A program made the position numbers and the translations under genes. The notes beneath the pieces were generated by a model. The model did no database searches, had not been told where the DNA came from, and was given only the letters and a program-made list of their open reading frames with translations. A stretch of DNA of 62,876 nt, counting the filler, from Sphacelaria rigidula (Eukaryota), in assembly GCA_964200075.2 (NCBI GenBank). It is 7 parts of 7 records of this genome, joined end to end, with 100 filler letters (N's around TTAATTAATTAA, not from the genome) between each part and the next. Parts side by side here need not be neighbours in the genome. Positions count along the whole stretch, not along the records: positions 1 to 8,898 come from CAXNAA020009804.1; positions 8,999 to 17,896 come from CAXNAA020009805.1; 5 more parts are not named here. One strand, given 5' to 3'. Positions 1 to 11,937 of the stretch are shown here, in pieces. Each line of letters starts with the position of its first letter. Position 1 is the stretch's first letter.

Positions 1-73
1 ATGCGAGGTCAATGGTCTGATGACTATGGCATGCATGATCATGAGTACCCCCTCCCCCCCTCTCCCCCACCCC
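1..73 (+). mobile_element. 3' end of a variant non-LTR retroelement subfamily followed by a C-rich tail
   Basis: gaggtcaatggtctgatgactatggcatgcatgatcatgagtac-cccc resembles the LINE 3' end (gtggtcaatggtcaaacgacta...gagtac-gccc). A second copy lies on the minus strand at ~62574-62626. Confidence 0.65.
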
Positions 74-2636
74 TATCGGAGGATGACTCTAGGGCGATTG
101 AAAAGGGAATGATGAAAAAAAACCCGTTCGGGACGGCATGTTTTTTTTTCGAGAGTTAACGGCGATAATCAGTACCAGGACATTAGGAAAATGCCGTTGA
201 CTCACGAAATAAACTGACCGTCCGGATTTTTTTCTATCTTTCATTGTGCCCTATTCATTCATCTTCGTACCAAATTTGAAAGTTCAACCCTCAAAATCGA
301 GGTGAGGTGGGGCAATTCAGAAACCGGACCGGGCGAAATCTGGAACAACTTTTTTCAGGCCATTTACTGGCCCAGGTTTGACACTAGCGATTTTCTGTAC
401 AAAGTTTCGAAGCACAACTCTCAAAACTGAGATGCGATATCCAGATTAAGTGCATGTAGTGCCTCCGCTTGTAATATGTTGATTTTAGTATTAAACTAAT
501 GTGCACAGTATCTCGAGATAGATAGCGACTTAGGCGAAGCTGAGGGTATCGATCGTTTTCCCGTGCTCCGGAAAATGTCCACACCAAAAATCCTCATCAT
601 CCGCGGTGAATATCGCTCGGGGTTCCATGTAGATTGTTGTAGTAGAGCTATAGACGCTATCTCCATACGGTATAGGCATTGGAGCTCTATGTGACGTGGA
701 GTTTCATCAGCGAGAAAAAAATGGCCCAGACTTTTGAGCAGATGGGCACATTTCTCTTGATCAGACGATTAATACGATATGCAGATCACGGCCCAACTCG
801 TCTGTGCCGAGGAGATTTTGCTTAGAGCTCAAGTCTGCATCTAGATCAGTAGGCTACCTTCCTGCTGCCCAACAACTGCTGGTCGTGCTCATGGAGCGCA
901 GAAGATAAAAAACATGAGCACCCTACCGGTACGTCAACGTGCTTGGCCGTAATTACAACCATGAGGGAGGAATCGGGAAGATGCAGAGCTTTCCGGTCAC
1001 CAGCACGCAACTTGTGTACGGGTAGTGTAAGCGTTGTTAGGGTACTGTTGGATTTTTGGGTTGGGCTGTGAGAGGGAAGCTGCAACTAGACAAAGATTGC
1101 CAGAGCAATTGGTTTCAGCGGGTGGACTTACCAGTCCACATCTCAGACGGATGCCCATCTCGGATATCCCACACCTAGGTTGGCAGCCCACAGGTGATAT
1201 GATGTCAACGTCCCAGACGGAGCTCCCAGATGAGGGTCCCACTTGTTCATGTATCCATATCCTAAACCGATGTCCCAAATGTAAAAACATTCGACCCAGG
1301 TGGATGTCACGAACGAAAAACCGTATCCGGGATGGACGTGAGGTTCCAGATGAACGTCTCAAACGGACATCCATATCCCAGATAGAATCAGCACGAAAAC
1401 ACAGAGCCCACCCTCTGCAGCCAGGGTCCAAGGCCACGTCGAGCAGCAGTATAGGAAAAGATCTTGCACCTAGCGAGTATCCGAGTATCTTTCTCGAAGA
1501 GATGTTGACACAAAAAGCGCTGTACTGTGCCGTACGTACGCAACGCAGCACCTGAAAAAGGGAACAGGCTACCCCTCAAACTTGCAGTGTATGACCGCCG
1601 CACAGTGTTGGGACCAAGAAAGCTTCGACGTCTCTTTCCTGAAGAGGGGGATGAAAGACACGTGCAACGTTCAAGCGATGCTGTCGTTCGCGAGACTGTC
1701 ACGGGTCGCCACGGGACTGTCACCTAAACTACAGTATTCCATCGTGCGGCGGGACTTTATGATGACCATGAAAGCAATACAGTAGCTCGACAACTCAAGA
1801 ATCGCTGGACCCGGTCCTACCGTATTCCATGTATCTAGAGTTTGGTCGTATTTTTGGGGGGTAGGGGGTGAGGGGGGGGGGCGGGGGTACGAACACATCC
1901 GCTAGTTAGTCCATGCGAGATATCAAGCGGTCGCTTGTGCACCCGTTACGCGATCATCCGCGTACGTCTCGATCGTACACAAGGCCGTTGGACAACTACT
2001 ACTGCTGTAGCCGTCAACAAATTACGCAGGGGACGCGTCATCCGTCACCACATACATCATATGTTTCTTTGTTGTGGTAGATGGTTTTATACAGCATTTA
2101 CTTTCAACTACTACTGGATACCAGTTTCATTTGTCTACGCACGACCCCCCGCCATGTTAGTGTGTTTGACGGGTAAAAAACTGCATGCCACGACATTGTA
2201 TCCATATTATGTTGTACGCCACTTGGATCGTCATGCACACAGTGAAAGAAGGAACTTGGTCGGGTAAAAAATGTTGAAACGGCGGTGAAGTGCGGCGTGA
2301 AGCTTGGTCGCTCCGTCCGATCGTTAGAATGAGGCACCCACATGTTCGCAAGGCAATTTTGATGTCATTCAGCACACAGATACACACCTCCCGCCAGGTG
2401 CCCGCCACGCTCGTGCTTATGACTGTGACACTAGTGCGCTCCAGCTGAAATACGTTATCGCCTTGTAGCAGTCGGGACTGCGGCGCGGGCGCTTCCATCA
2501 TCAGCCATTCCTGGGAAGGGCGTGGTGAGCAATATATCTTTGACATATCTCTGAAGCATCGATTGGTATCGACAACACAAAACGCGTCGCAAAATGACTG
2601 TCCTATACAGTTCCCACAGTCCAAAACTTGAGGATG

Positions 2637-2865
2637 TGTAATGCGTGAGAGGACCGCGTGCTTAGAGCTAGAGGACCGCATCGGAAGTTGCACGTCCCCA
2701 TGGTTAGGGTTAGGGTTAGGGTTAGGGTTAGTGTTGGTATTGGTGTTACGGTCAGGGGTGTGGTACCTGCAGGGGCTGGCCCGATTGGTTTTGAAAAACA
2801 TCAATCCTGAGGTGTTTTGAACTACGGCGCGGTCCTCTAAGCACGCGGTCCTCTCACGCATTACA
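2637..2865. mobile_element. MITE with TGT...ACA termini, ~30-bp TIR, 5-bp TSD and internal (TTAGGG)n
   Basis: TIRs are tgtaatgcgtgagaggaccgcgtgcttagag / ctctaagcacgcggtcctctcacgcattaca. GGATG flanks both sides (2632-2636, 2866-2870). Telomere-type repeats lie at ~2703-2730. Confidence 0.9.
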
Positions 2866-3339
2866 GGATGGATCAGCAAAATACCCAGGTCACTTTTTCG
2901 GTGTCCTGTTTTGAGGGTATGCCGGAAAGGCACAGCAGGGGGATGTTGGCTGTCGTTGGTTGTGCTATTACAGCGCTGATGAACAAGCCACTGCTACCAG
3001 AGCGTACATCGCACCTTGTGTAGCGCGTACGTGGTGAAATCCACGCCGGTATAGCGCACGTAAACCAAACAAGCAGCTCGTGGATGCCGAAAAGCGCGGG
3101 ATGTAAGAAAGGGGTGCAGCACGACCTCGGAGCAGCCGTTGAAATACTGTAGGTCTGTTGCGCTTGCTTGTCAGGCTAGTCTGGTAAATCCATATAATAA
3201 TATGTTGTACTTGCTGTGATGGTGCCTTGTGTGTGAGTGCCCGTTCGGCCATCATTATACGGCGGCCACTCCATTTCTGTATCGCAACAGCCGATTACCT
3301 TCTATTATCGTGGACCTAACTATGCACCTGGGACCGATG

Positions 3340-3555
3340 CTGCGATAGCCCCCCCCCCCCTAGAAAAGTGGTTGGTTCGAGGAGGCAGAATATACCTGCA
3401 AATAAAAAATAAAAAGCTGAGCATACCGAGCAGCTGGGAACTCATACTTAGGACGGTTTCGCCCATGTCGCCCGTATGAGGCCCCTCATGCAGTCTGAAA
3501 CCAACAATCATGCGCTGTATGGTCACTTCTTCGTTACAGTTTTGGGGCTGGTTCA
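3340..3555. repeat. Dispersed MITE family with C-run/G-run inside the TIRs
   Basis: Similar sequence at ~9110-9170, ~35580-35820 and 58919-59258 (inverted), sharing e.g. gcataccgagcagc, atgaggc.cc.catgcagtctga and ttcttcgt.acagttttggg.ctggtt. Confidence 0.75.
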
Positions 3556-4449
3556 GGAGAGAGATATCGCGGCATTGTTCCTGAAGCCGTAGCCACAGCG
3601 CTCTGAGAGTAAATTCTGCATCCCTCATTTCCAGACGCGATTGTTTTGAGAATGTTTCACACTTCAACTTTGCTGATGACACTTCTACGGGTACATGTGA
3701 GGTCATGAGGGAACGTGAAGTTCAGTCAACAAGAAAGTGTTTGGGATCTTTATTTCATCGGCAGAACATCAAGTGGTTCATTGTTGTACATGTACTGTAG
3801 TGAAGTGCATCGCGGTCAAATGACAATCGCTTTGACTGCCAGCAGTATGCGGTCATGTCTATAGGCCTTAAATCCATTTTCAAGTGAATTTGATTCTTCC
3901 TTCTTCAGCACATGGTTCACCCTGGCGGTCAAAGGCTTTATTTAGTCCTATCGGTGGTCTAGGCCAGTATTGGTATCCATAACTGCAAGCGGACATGAAT
4001 GACACCGTCTGGCTCGTGGCTGACTCTACTGTGTGTGACGGTGTCCCCCCTCTTCCTCCCCTCCTTTTGTCGTCAGTTTTTCACCCCCCTCTTCTTCGAG
4101 ACGAGTCTGTAGTCTCAAGAGATCAGCCCCTCTCTTTCCCACGTACCCTGCAATTCTCTATCGAGGGTTGTCTTAGCAATCCCGCAGCCAGTCGACTTTA
4201 TGCGTCGTTTGTTTTCACCCTTCGGAAGACGATATCCAGTGAGATAGATAGCTACCGATGGTGTGCCAGTTTGACCGACTGGGCGCGACGACATTCATTG
4301 CGTAGACTGCATCCCTGAGAAATGTGCATCGCCGCAATTTCCTATAGTTTATGAGATAAACAACTAAAGCATGCTATACGCGGGTCGTGTTTCGAAAGTA
4401 ATCTGCGCTGCAAGATTTTGTATGGTATGGACAGCAGAAGCAGACCCGC

Positions 4450-7250
4450 CGTGAGGGGGCACTCGGTACGGCCGCACGTAGTAGCAACGAAGCGGGTGTC
4501 TTTTGGCCTGTCGAAACTTGGTGCTTCATGCACACGTAAGCAGAGTTGTTGGCGACAGTATTCGCAACAACAAGGTGAACGGAGCTATTCCGCGAGCGAT
4601 TGTACTTTTTTACCATTACCTAACCACCGCACATAGGGTTGACCCTACTTCTTTTTTAGGGCTTTCCGCCGCAACAGGCGTTGTAGACTATTTCCCATAT
4701 TACAGGGTTGAAAACTGACGCATAGGGACTCTCATGCGGTTGGATTTTATATGCATGACTAGCACAAAATATGCGTCACAGACGCATGTTAGGTCATGCT
4801 TCCATGGTCTCACATGAGAATTGAGTGCAGTTTACGAGCCATACATACGGTGGGGATAACCTCTGAAAAAAAGAGAGTGGAAACGGATAGTGACGCAGCA
4901 CAATCGTCACCGGCTCGTGTTGGCTCTGTACTGTAGACTGTTTGGAGCCACGATTCACGGCACATACATGCGGGAGATTGACCAAAGTTGTTGTCACAGG
5001 TTTCTCGCCGATTTCGTCACTCTACTCTGCTACTTTTTACTAGTAGAGTCGAGACGCGTGTTGGACCCCTCATCTTTTGTTTTCTCGAGATGTTCAAGCA
5101 CGTGTTGTGGACACGAAGAACCACATACATATTAGCAGATGGCGAGGTTCGACTTGGAAAACCCCTCGTGAGAGTTACCACTCGATATAGATTTTCACCC
5201 CAGAGGCTGGTCCCACCAAATATAAAGCTCACAACGAACATCAGAGTATAACTTTATTCCGCCACTGCGCAGGCACGGAATTCTTCGTCTATGGACTTGT
5301 CCGAGCGCATTCCTCGTATACATCCGTGGCTTTTCTGTGTCTACGGCTACCTCTTCGTGAAGTATTTACCTAATCCTGTGGGTATACATCGCAGTGTTCA
5401 AGCTGTGGTGCGACATGACTGCGAAGACTTGAACGACGGCATCGGCACTGACCAGGAGTTTTGACGGGAAGACGGGACGGGACACGGCTTTCCCCCGTCG
5501 GTGAGAACTGACGGAACGGGGCGGGAAATTGAGGGTATGCCAGGGGATACCAGGACGGGATGGGATGAGAAGTTCTGTAATGCGTGGGGGGACCGCGTGC
5601 TTAGATGACCGTGCCGTAGTTCAAAACACCCCAGGATCGACGTTTTTCAAAACCAATCGGGCCAGTCCCTACAGCGACCACACCCATGACCCTAACCCCA
5701 ACACTAATCCTGACCCTAACCCTAACCACAGGGGTGTCTGAACTCCGATGCGGTCCCCTGAGCACGCGGTCCTTCCACGCATTACAGTCGTCCCGACCCT
5801 AAAAAGAGACGACGGGGCGGGGCGAGATGGGAATCGGAGTGTCGAGACGGCACCGCACGCTAGCTCTCGTCCCATGCCGTCTTGACAGACAAAATGAATG
5901 TTGAACCATGAGATTCCAGTCTCGTCCTCACAGGAAATATCTCAAGTCATCCCGAAATTTGTAAACGGAGGGTAGAGTTTCGTACCGGCGGTGCTTCAGC
6001 AAAAACGATGACCTGTTTTCAAGTACGACGAAACCGTGGAAACAATGATAACTTGAACGAGCTATACTGCCAATAGCGAGAACAGCCAGGGACACAGCAG
6101 CACGAACCGACGTAGTGGGTCACACAAGACAGCACCCAATACGCGTGGTGGCGAACCCAAACACTAGCAACGGGGGAGCACCCCATGTAGGAGCAATGCA
6201 GCACGCCCCACGTGCTGAAAAACACAGCAAATGTCACGTACTGAAGGAAATATAGTACTACGTCTGGGCGTCTTGACATCTGGACTTCTTCTGCTGCCAC
6301 TCGCGTGATAAACGGTACGCGCTACGTGCGGAAGGAAATATGATGTCACGTCGAGACGTCATAGCTTATATTGCTATCTCCCACGTCTTGAAAACATGCC
6401 AGATACTACTACGTTGATCGAGGAGACAGATGGACTCCAGTCATGAGAAACCCAAACTGCTGCTTGTCTTGCGCGTAACCACACAATAAATCATTGTTGC
6501 TATGTGAATCAGATCCTGGTGTCCCCAGATAAATGGTGGGAACATGACAGAGCGCTGGTTTGTGCGCGTGGCTAACTTCTGCCTCAGTATGCGCGGTTCC
6601 TCCGTAGTAGTAGTGGCGCAAAGATACCCACGATCAAGAAGGCATGATTTCACTGAGATTAACCCACGTGTTGAATTCACACATGACAGCCCTACTTCAG
6701 CTGAATTTCAACTGATGATACACGATTATAAAGAAGAAAATCACACTCTTTTCTGCCTGGACGCAAATTAGTGCAACATTGAAATAGCCGAATACGCCGA
6801 AGATCGGCTTCTTGTACCTGAAACATACGCGGTCTCAAGTTGCTATCTGTCTACGGGACATGCGAGGCAGAACGCTTGGTGACACAACACGCAGCGTGTC
6901 CAGAAGAACACTTCGACAATCGGTGAGGGCTTTTCGTAATACTCGACTTTGGTATGTCCAGAATGCTGTATCAAAACGAAATCTCCTAAAGATCCGATCA
7001 CCAGCAGCGGGTCTCTTCATGACTGTATAACCCCCGCCCATATAGTTCTTCTTTATCTCACTTGGTCAGCATCAAGTCAGTGCTTCCATATCACATTGTG
7101 TACTACCTGGTTCACTGAATCCAAATGCACCCAAACGACGTCGTAGGTTCACTGTTCAGCGCAACACCGAGTACTGTCGGCTGCTGCGAAACGCGTTAAC
7201 AATTCCCTCCAGCCAACGTTGCCATCAACGTGGTCAGGGGTAAAGGCCGC
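4450..7250 (+). pseudogene. Possible heavily decayed KDZ (Kyakuja-Dileera-Zisupton)-type transposase relic
   Basis: Motif-like fragments appear in the expected order across frames: TLFCLDAN (~6745-6768), IGEGFS*Y (~6920), LPYHIVY (~7083). Judged by eye only; many stops. Confidence 0.2.
5576..5786. mobile_element. Second, inverted copy of the TTAGGG-bearing MITE
   Basis: Same TIRs and the reverse complement of the internal sequence, with ccctaa repeats at ~5690-5727. It is inserted in a gacggg-rich element (~5455-5890). The TSD is not recognisable. Confidence 0.85.
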
Positions 7251-7654
7251 CAGCAAGTATCGTACCCAAGCATGTAAGCTCATGGGTTCCGCTGGCCCTC
7301 GGCTCCGCAGAGAGATAAGGTTGTGTTTGACCCGTGACTGATTCCGACTTAATATCCCCTAAACCACATTGGTGCTTCCCTGGGATGGGTGCTTGGACTC
7401 AAGCCTGTAGATGGCCAGTCGTGCGGCTGACCGCTGTGCTGTATTGCACTGTGTTGAATGTGTAGAGTGTGGGCCAGGGGCTGGCACAAGGACCTCCGAA
7501 ACTGGCTGACATCCAGAACATTTCCGACTGTACCCTCGAGATTTTTCAAATCTCCCGTAATCTTGGACGCGAAAGGCTTTGCCGTTGACCAAACGCCTCG
7601 TTGAGATAGGACGGAACATCCAATGACGGGAAGTTTCGGTAAATTTCACGCAAG

Positions 7655-7935
7655 GGTGAGACAGGAATGGGAAGAGGGAGGAATGGGAAGAAGTCGGGAC
7701 TAGATGAGAAAGTTTTGCTCTTGACTCAAGAGAGACTGGGCGGGATGGACCGGAAGAAGTCGGGACTAGATGAGTAAGTTTTGCTCTTGACTCAAGAGGG
7801 ACAGGGCGAGATGGAACGGAACGGGACGGGAAGTCCGCCTCTCGAAATAAAACGGAAAGTAAAGTAAAGCATTTCCCCTCAAATGACCACAGAACTGTAC
7901 GGGATAAGGAATCCCCTTCCGTCTCGAGGATCCTC
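7655..7935. repeat. gacggg/ggaa-rich repeat with a ~65-bp internal duplication, probably the subterminal region of a DNA transposon
   Basis: gaagaagtcgggactagatgag..agttttgctcttgactcaagag occurs twice. Related motifs occur at 5460-5570 and 5810-5880. Confidence 0.55.
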
Positions 7936-8898
7936 CGTGATGCTTCCTCTTCGCGAAAATTCCTGGTACAACAACAGCCTGCAATACTGATGCGTAAGGC
8001 AGGTCGTCGTCGTTAGCAAAAGTCACAGCCACGATTAGAGCGCGAACAGCGAAACCGACAGACAATATCACGTCACTGTTGGCAATGTCTAAAGATGGGT
8101 GTGCGATTGTAATCACCATTGGCGTCATCAACAACAACCGCTGAGAGCAGTAGCTTTTGACAACGGCGAATCCCGTCACCTCATCATCTCGTTCATCACA
8201 CGTCATGCGAGCAAAGGGCTTGCAGCGGTTGCGACGGTGTCGCGACTCCATGCTCTGAGATTCCGGCGCTTGCTGCCCCCCCCTTCCCGCCGCCGAGAGT
8301 TGGCGTTGGTTCGAAACGACGCTGTAACGCACACCACTCACGTCAGCTTGGCGACGAGGCGACCGTTTTTTAGTGTCGCTCACGTTTTGTTTTCACTTGC
8401 GTTTTATTTTGCGGTAACCATTATGGTGGTCGCGTTAGATCAAATTGTGAGGGATCACGTTGTGAGGGATGGAGAACCTCAACTCTGCGCAAGGCGGATA
8501 GTCTTACTACGTGGTGTTTAAATGGTGAGACACTCACTAGGCGGTGTGCAACCTGTGGTTACCTCTGGAGATCAATCTTACTTGGATTCAGCTCACCCTT
8601 CATGCGACTCGCCGAACACACCACGGCGCTTCGCGATCGCGAGCATGGTCCAGCGAAAACCTGTCGTGCTCCGTCCTGGCTTTGTGGGGATGCAAGGTCA
8701 ATAGTATCATGATTATTGAATGCAAGGTCATGAGAATATCCCCCCCCCCTGGTGAGACACCCATGAGGCAGTGTATGAGCCGTTGCTGTCTCTGGAAGTG
8801 GCGATACCAGATATTAAAGAAACTCAGAGTAGGCTGTCATCCAAATGCAAGATGATCAGTAGGCTCCGGGCCGAACAATCTTTGCAGGGTGCAGCTCA

Positions 8899-8998
8899 NN
8901 NNNNNNNNNNNNNNNNNNNNNNNNNNNNNNNNNNNNNNNNNNTTAATTAATTAANNNNNNNNNNNNNNNNNNNNNNNNNNNNNNNNNNNNNNNNNNNN
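8899..8998. other. Artificial contig linker (also at 17897-17996, 26894-26993, 35891-35990, 44887-44986, 53882-53981)
   Basis: Six identical 100-nt blocks of N44-TTAATTAATTAA-N44 (stops in all six frames). They separate contigs of decreasing length, 8898 to 8895 nt. Confidence 0.99.
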
Positions 8999-9799
8999 GC
9001 TCTACAGAACCTGCGCACTGGAGACTGAAAAACGCTAGATAGGAAGATCAAAAAAAGACAAGAAGAACAAAAAAGGACAACCTGACGGTAACGAGGAGGG
9101 GAAGCTGTATGTTCATTTTTTCGTGACATTTTTGGGCCGGTTTCGGGGGGGGGCTATCGTCGACAGTGTCATACTTGTCTTGCGTTCTTTCGCAGTAAAT
9201 GGATCGATTCCCTTCACTGCAGCCACTGATACCTTCTCTCTTCGAGCTACATGGACGCATGCAAAGTGAAAATAGACCAGTATCCGGGCGCATCGGATTG
9301 CTTTATAAAACCGTCTGACCCTTGTGATGTCCAACCCCAAGGATGAAAGGAGCGGCCTCCAGGGACTGAAGCAAGGGTGGATATTCCATTTTTCCGTCGC
9401 TTTGCCAAGATCCATTTTCAAAACACCATCAAGGATCCCAACAGCTACATTGAGCAATATGCCGATCGACGGAGACATGGCTCGCAAACCTTGATAGGGC
9501 AACGTCTTGGAGCCTTGGCCAGCCGCGTTTCGTTCGCGTCAACTCGTATGATTTTCGATGAAAGCGTTCCGTGGCAAATCATGAAATGCGTACATCATGC
9601 GCTCTGTGGACCCTCCCTGAGGCATGATTCGTATTCTGAGGGTGTGTTTGCCGATCTACTGGACCTTTTGACAGTAGCACAAAATGGTGAGCGGTAGATG
9701 ATGACTGATGCTGCCTATGCGCCATGAATGTATGCATTCTATATTTCGGAGGATCACAATCGTGGTGGCAATATCCTCATGAAATCTATGGTGTCATCT

Positions 9800-11530
9800 C
9801 TCGGTGCATTGCATGCAGAACCGAGTCTACAGGTATCCGGACGTGTGGGTTTGCCTCTACGACTTCTACGGGTGCGATTCACAGCCGTTTGAGGAGAAGT
9901 GCATACGATCCATACACGCCACAGAGGGAGGGAAAACACGGGCACGATATCACCCCAACGGAGCAAACCATCAGGAGTTGAAGATTGCTCCGGTTCTCAC
10001 GGACAAGGTGACGGCGAGCGCCTGGCAGTTCACGTTTGACCATCGCACACACCTCTGCCGTGTTGCACACAGCAACTTGTTTTGGTATTACAATACCGTG
10101 CTGGGTGCGTGTATATTGCACCATGAGATATTGAATGCTATACACGCCACAAAACTTACACTCGAGTAAGCTGTTTTCAAGGTTTCCCGTACGCTAGCTT
10201 TGTTGGCAAAACTTGTGCAATGGTGGCTGAGATGTCATATACTCCGGTTGCAAGGTGATATTGGTCGTCGGGCACCGTCTGCACTCTCTGCGGGATGTGT
10301 TGAAGAGGCAAATGAACGGGAAACCTTTCGCGGGTCGAGATAATCTGTCGTCGGGATAACGCATCAGCCCCGTATATCGAGGTGGTGTCGTTGACCACGT
10401 ATGACAAAAAAGCGGTTTTTCGGCTGTAGCGCTATGAATGTTCAGAAAATAGAGACCCTGAAGACATGTACTTGTTTGTTGAAAGGATCCGGGTCCACTC
10501 GGTCGAGCGAAAATATCAAGGAACAAGAAGAGGGGACTGTACACTCCTTGTGATTCTCTGTACATCTCCAATATTCGTCACGATCTGGTACTAAAGGTGA
10601 AATCGTCGCTCGCACGGGACCCCTTCAAGATACCAATTGTTTCGGTAACACCGAAGACATTTTTTTCCACATCCTTTGTTCCTGAAAAATATGCCTGCAT
10701 GCCCCCCCCCCCCCCCCCCCCCTCCTCCTCCATATCGATAACGATTCACATGCTACCACATCATGGGTGTGCGTGCGAATAGCGAGGGTGGTGTGCAGTC
10801 GTCGAAGCATCAGCCGTGGAGGTCGAGCTTGGCAAAGAGCGGGAACCCGATAATTACTTGGACTACATATTGCTGGACGTGAGTTGTGCATGGCGAGCAA
10901 AAGCGTTGCATGTAGCAATGTTCTAATGAGTCAAGAGTATGCGATGGCTAAACCTATTCCTGCAAATTCATTCAGAGAGTACGAGGCTGAAGGGGACGAT
11001 GTCGATTGCCATCATACCATTGGCAATATCGTCGAAGGCTCCATTCTCAGCATTGGCATGCGTACGACCGGAAGCGGGCCTTGACTTCCCACACCATACG
11101 TTGCCGCTGTACTTGATCACATCAACCCGGTGGGAATTTGACACATTCGACAAATAGCTTAGTGGCGCGCGGAGGTCATTTCCGACGCCTTTCCTTGCAA
11201 CGGATTCGCGGTTGTGCAGCCATTATTTTCAAGTACTTTGTATGGAGACCGCCTGGGGATTTCCATCACAGTAGTGATTGCCAAAACAGTATTTCGGACG
11301 TCGGCCGAACGCCACCTACAGTATCATGGCTAGTACGCATGGTGTTTTAAACATGGCGGATAAAACAAGCCGTAGGCGCTTACCGTGGTAAACGCACCCG
11401 GTGGATGATGTCACTACACGCTAGAAATGCAAGAACGCATGATTCAGGTTGAATTTGTCTCCCTGTGTTTGGACAGATGTATTGGTACCCGGGTGGATAT
11501 CCGGGGAACTCTACAACATGTGGCATGGAG
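9800..11530 (+). pseudogene. Possible decayed CxC + KDZ transposase
   Basis: Fragments in KDZ order: VWVCLYDFYG...NLFWYY...ILHHEIL (CxC-like), RCM*QC...VCDG, ARGGHF...AAIIF...SDCQ, SLHARN...RLNLSP...GWISGELYNMW. The last resembles FHxxxH..C...SP...G..DGE..E..W. Frameshifted throughout. Confidence 0.3.
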
Positions 11531-11678
11531 GACGGCGAGTGGAAGGATCACAGGTGAAGTGCGATCAGACATGTCAGCATTCAAGAGTCAAGAGTTCAGT
11601 CCAGAATTGTCGCCATGCAGCAAAAGTGTCGATACACAACGGGCACTATTAGAGTGTTGGAGTAGCGTGGTGCATGAA

Positions 11679-11892
11679 AATCGACTTGACGATCGACGAG
11701 GGAAAGGGAGTGCTGAACCCCTCTCACGATAAAAAGAATAGAGGCAAGCACTGCAGAAGGAAGGCGGGGTACTAAAAACAAGTAAAGAAGAAAAAGCTCT
11801 TGTGTTGACCTTCCTCCTGGGTAACCCCGGCTGATGCGCCCACATATACCGGAAGGTGTAGACCGGCGTCCAGAATAGATGGGACGACAACA

Positions 11893-11935
<43 letters not shown>
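11679..11935 (+). mobile_element. 5'-truncated SINE copy with (CA)n tail
   Basis: Aligns by eye with 16510-16700 (cgacttgacgatcgacgag...gctcttgtgttgaccttcct...tgcgcccacatataccg...ggcgtccagaataga) and ends in (CA)n. Confidence 0.8.

Positions 11936-11937
<2 letters not shown>

Noticed and set aside
14-30. CTGATGA hammerhead core motif in the variant 3' module
   Set aside because: Not conserved in the second copy (gtcgtatgac) or in the main family, and no correctly placed GAAA/NUH.
636-961. Possible solo LTRs (also ~20238-20503)
   Set aside because: TG...CA-like ends are imperfect and no matching TSD was found.
997-2933. ORFs of 170-258 aa in contig 1
   Set aside because: They overlap on both strands, run through MITE or repeat sequence and show no protein-like motifs.
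8943-8954. TTAATTAATTAA palindrome recurring every ~9 kb
   Set aside because: Artificial linker embedded in N runs; no biological adjacency across it.
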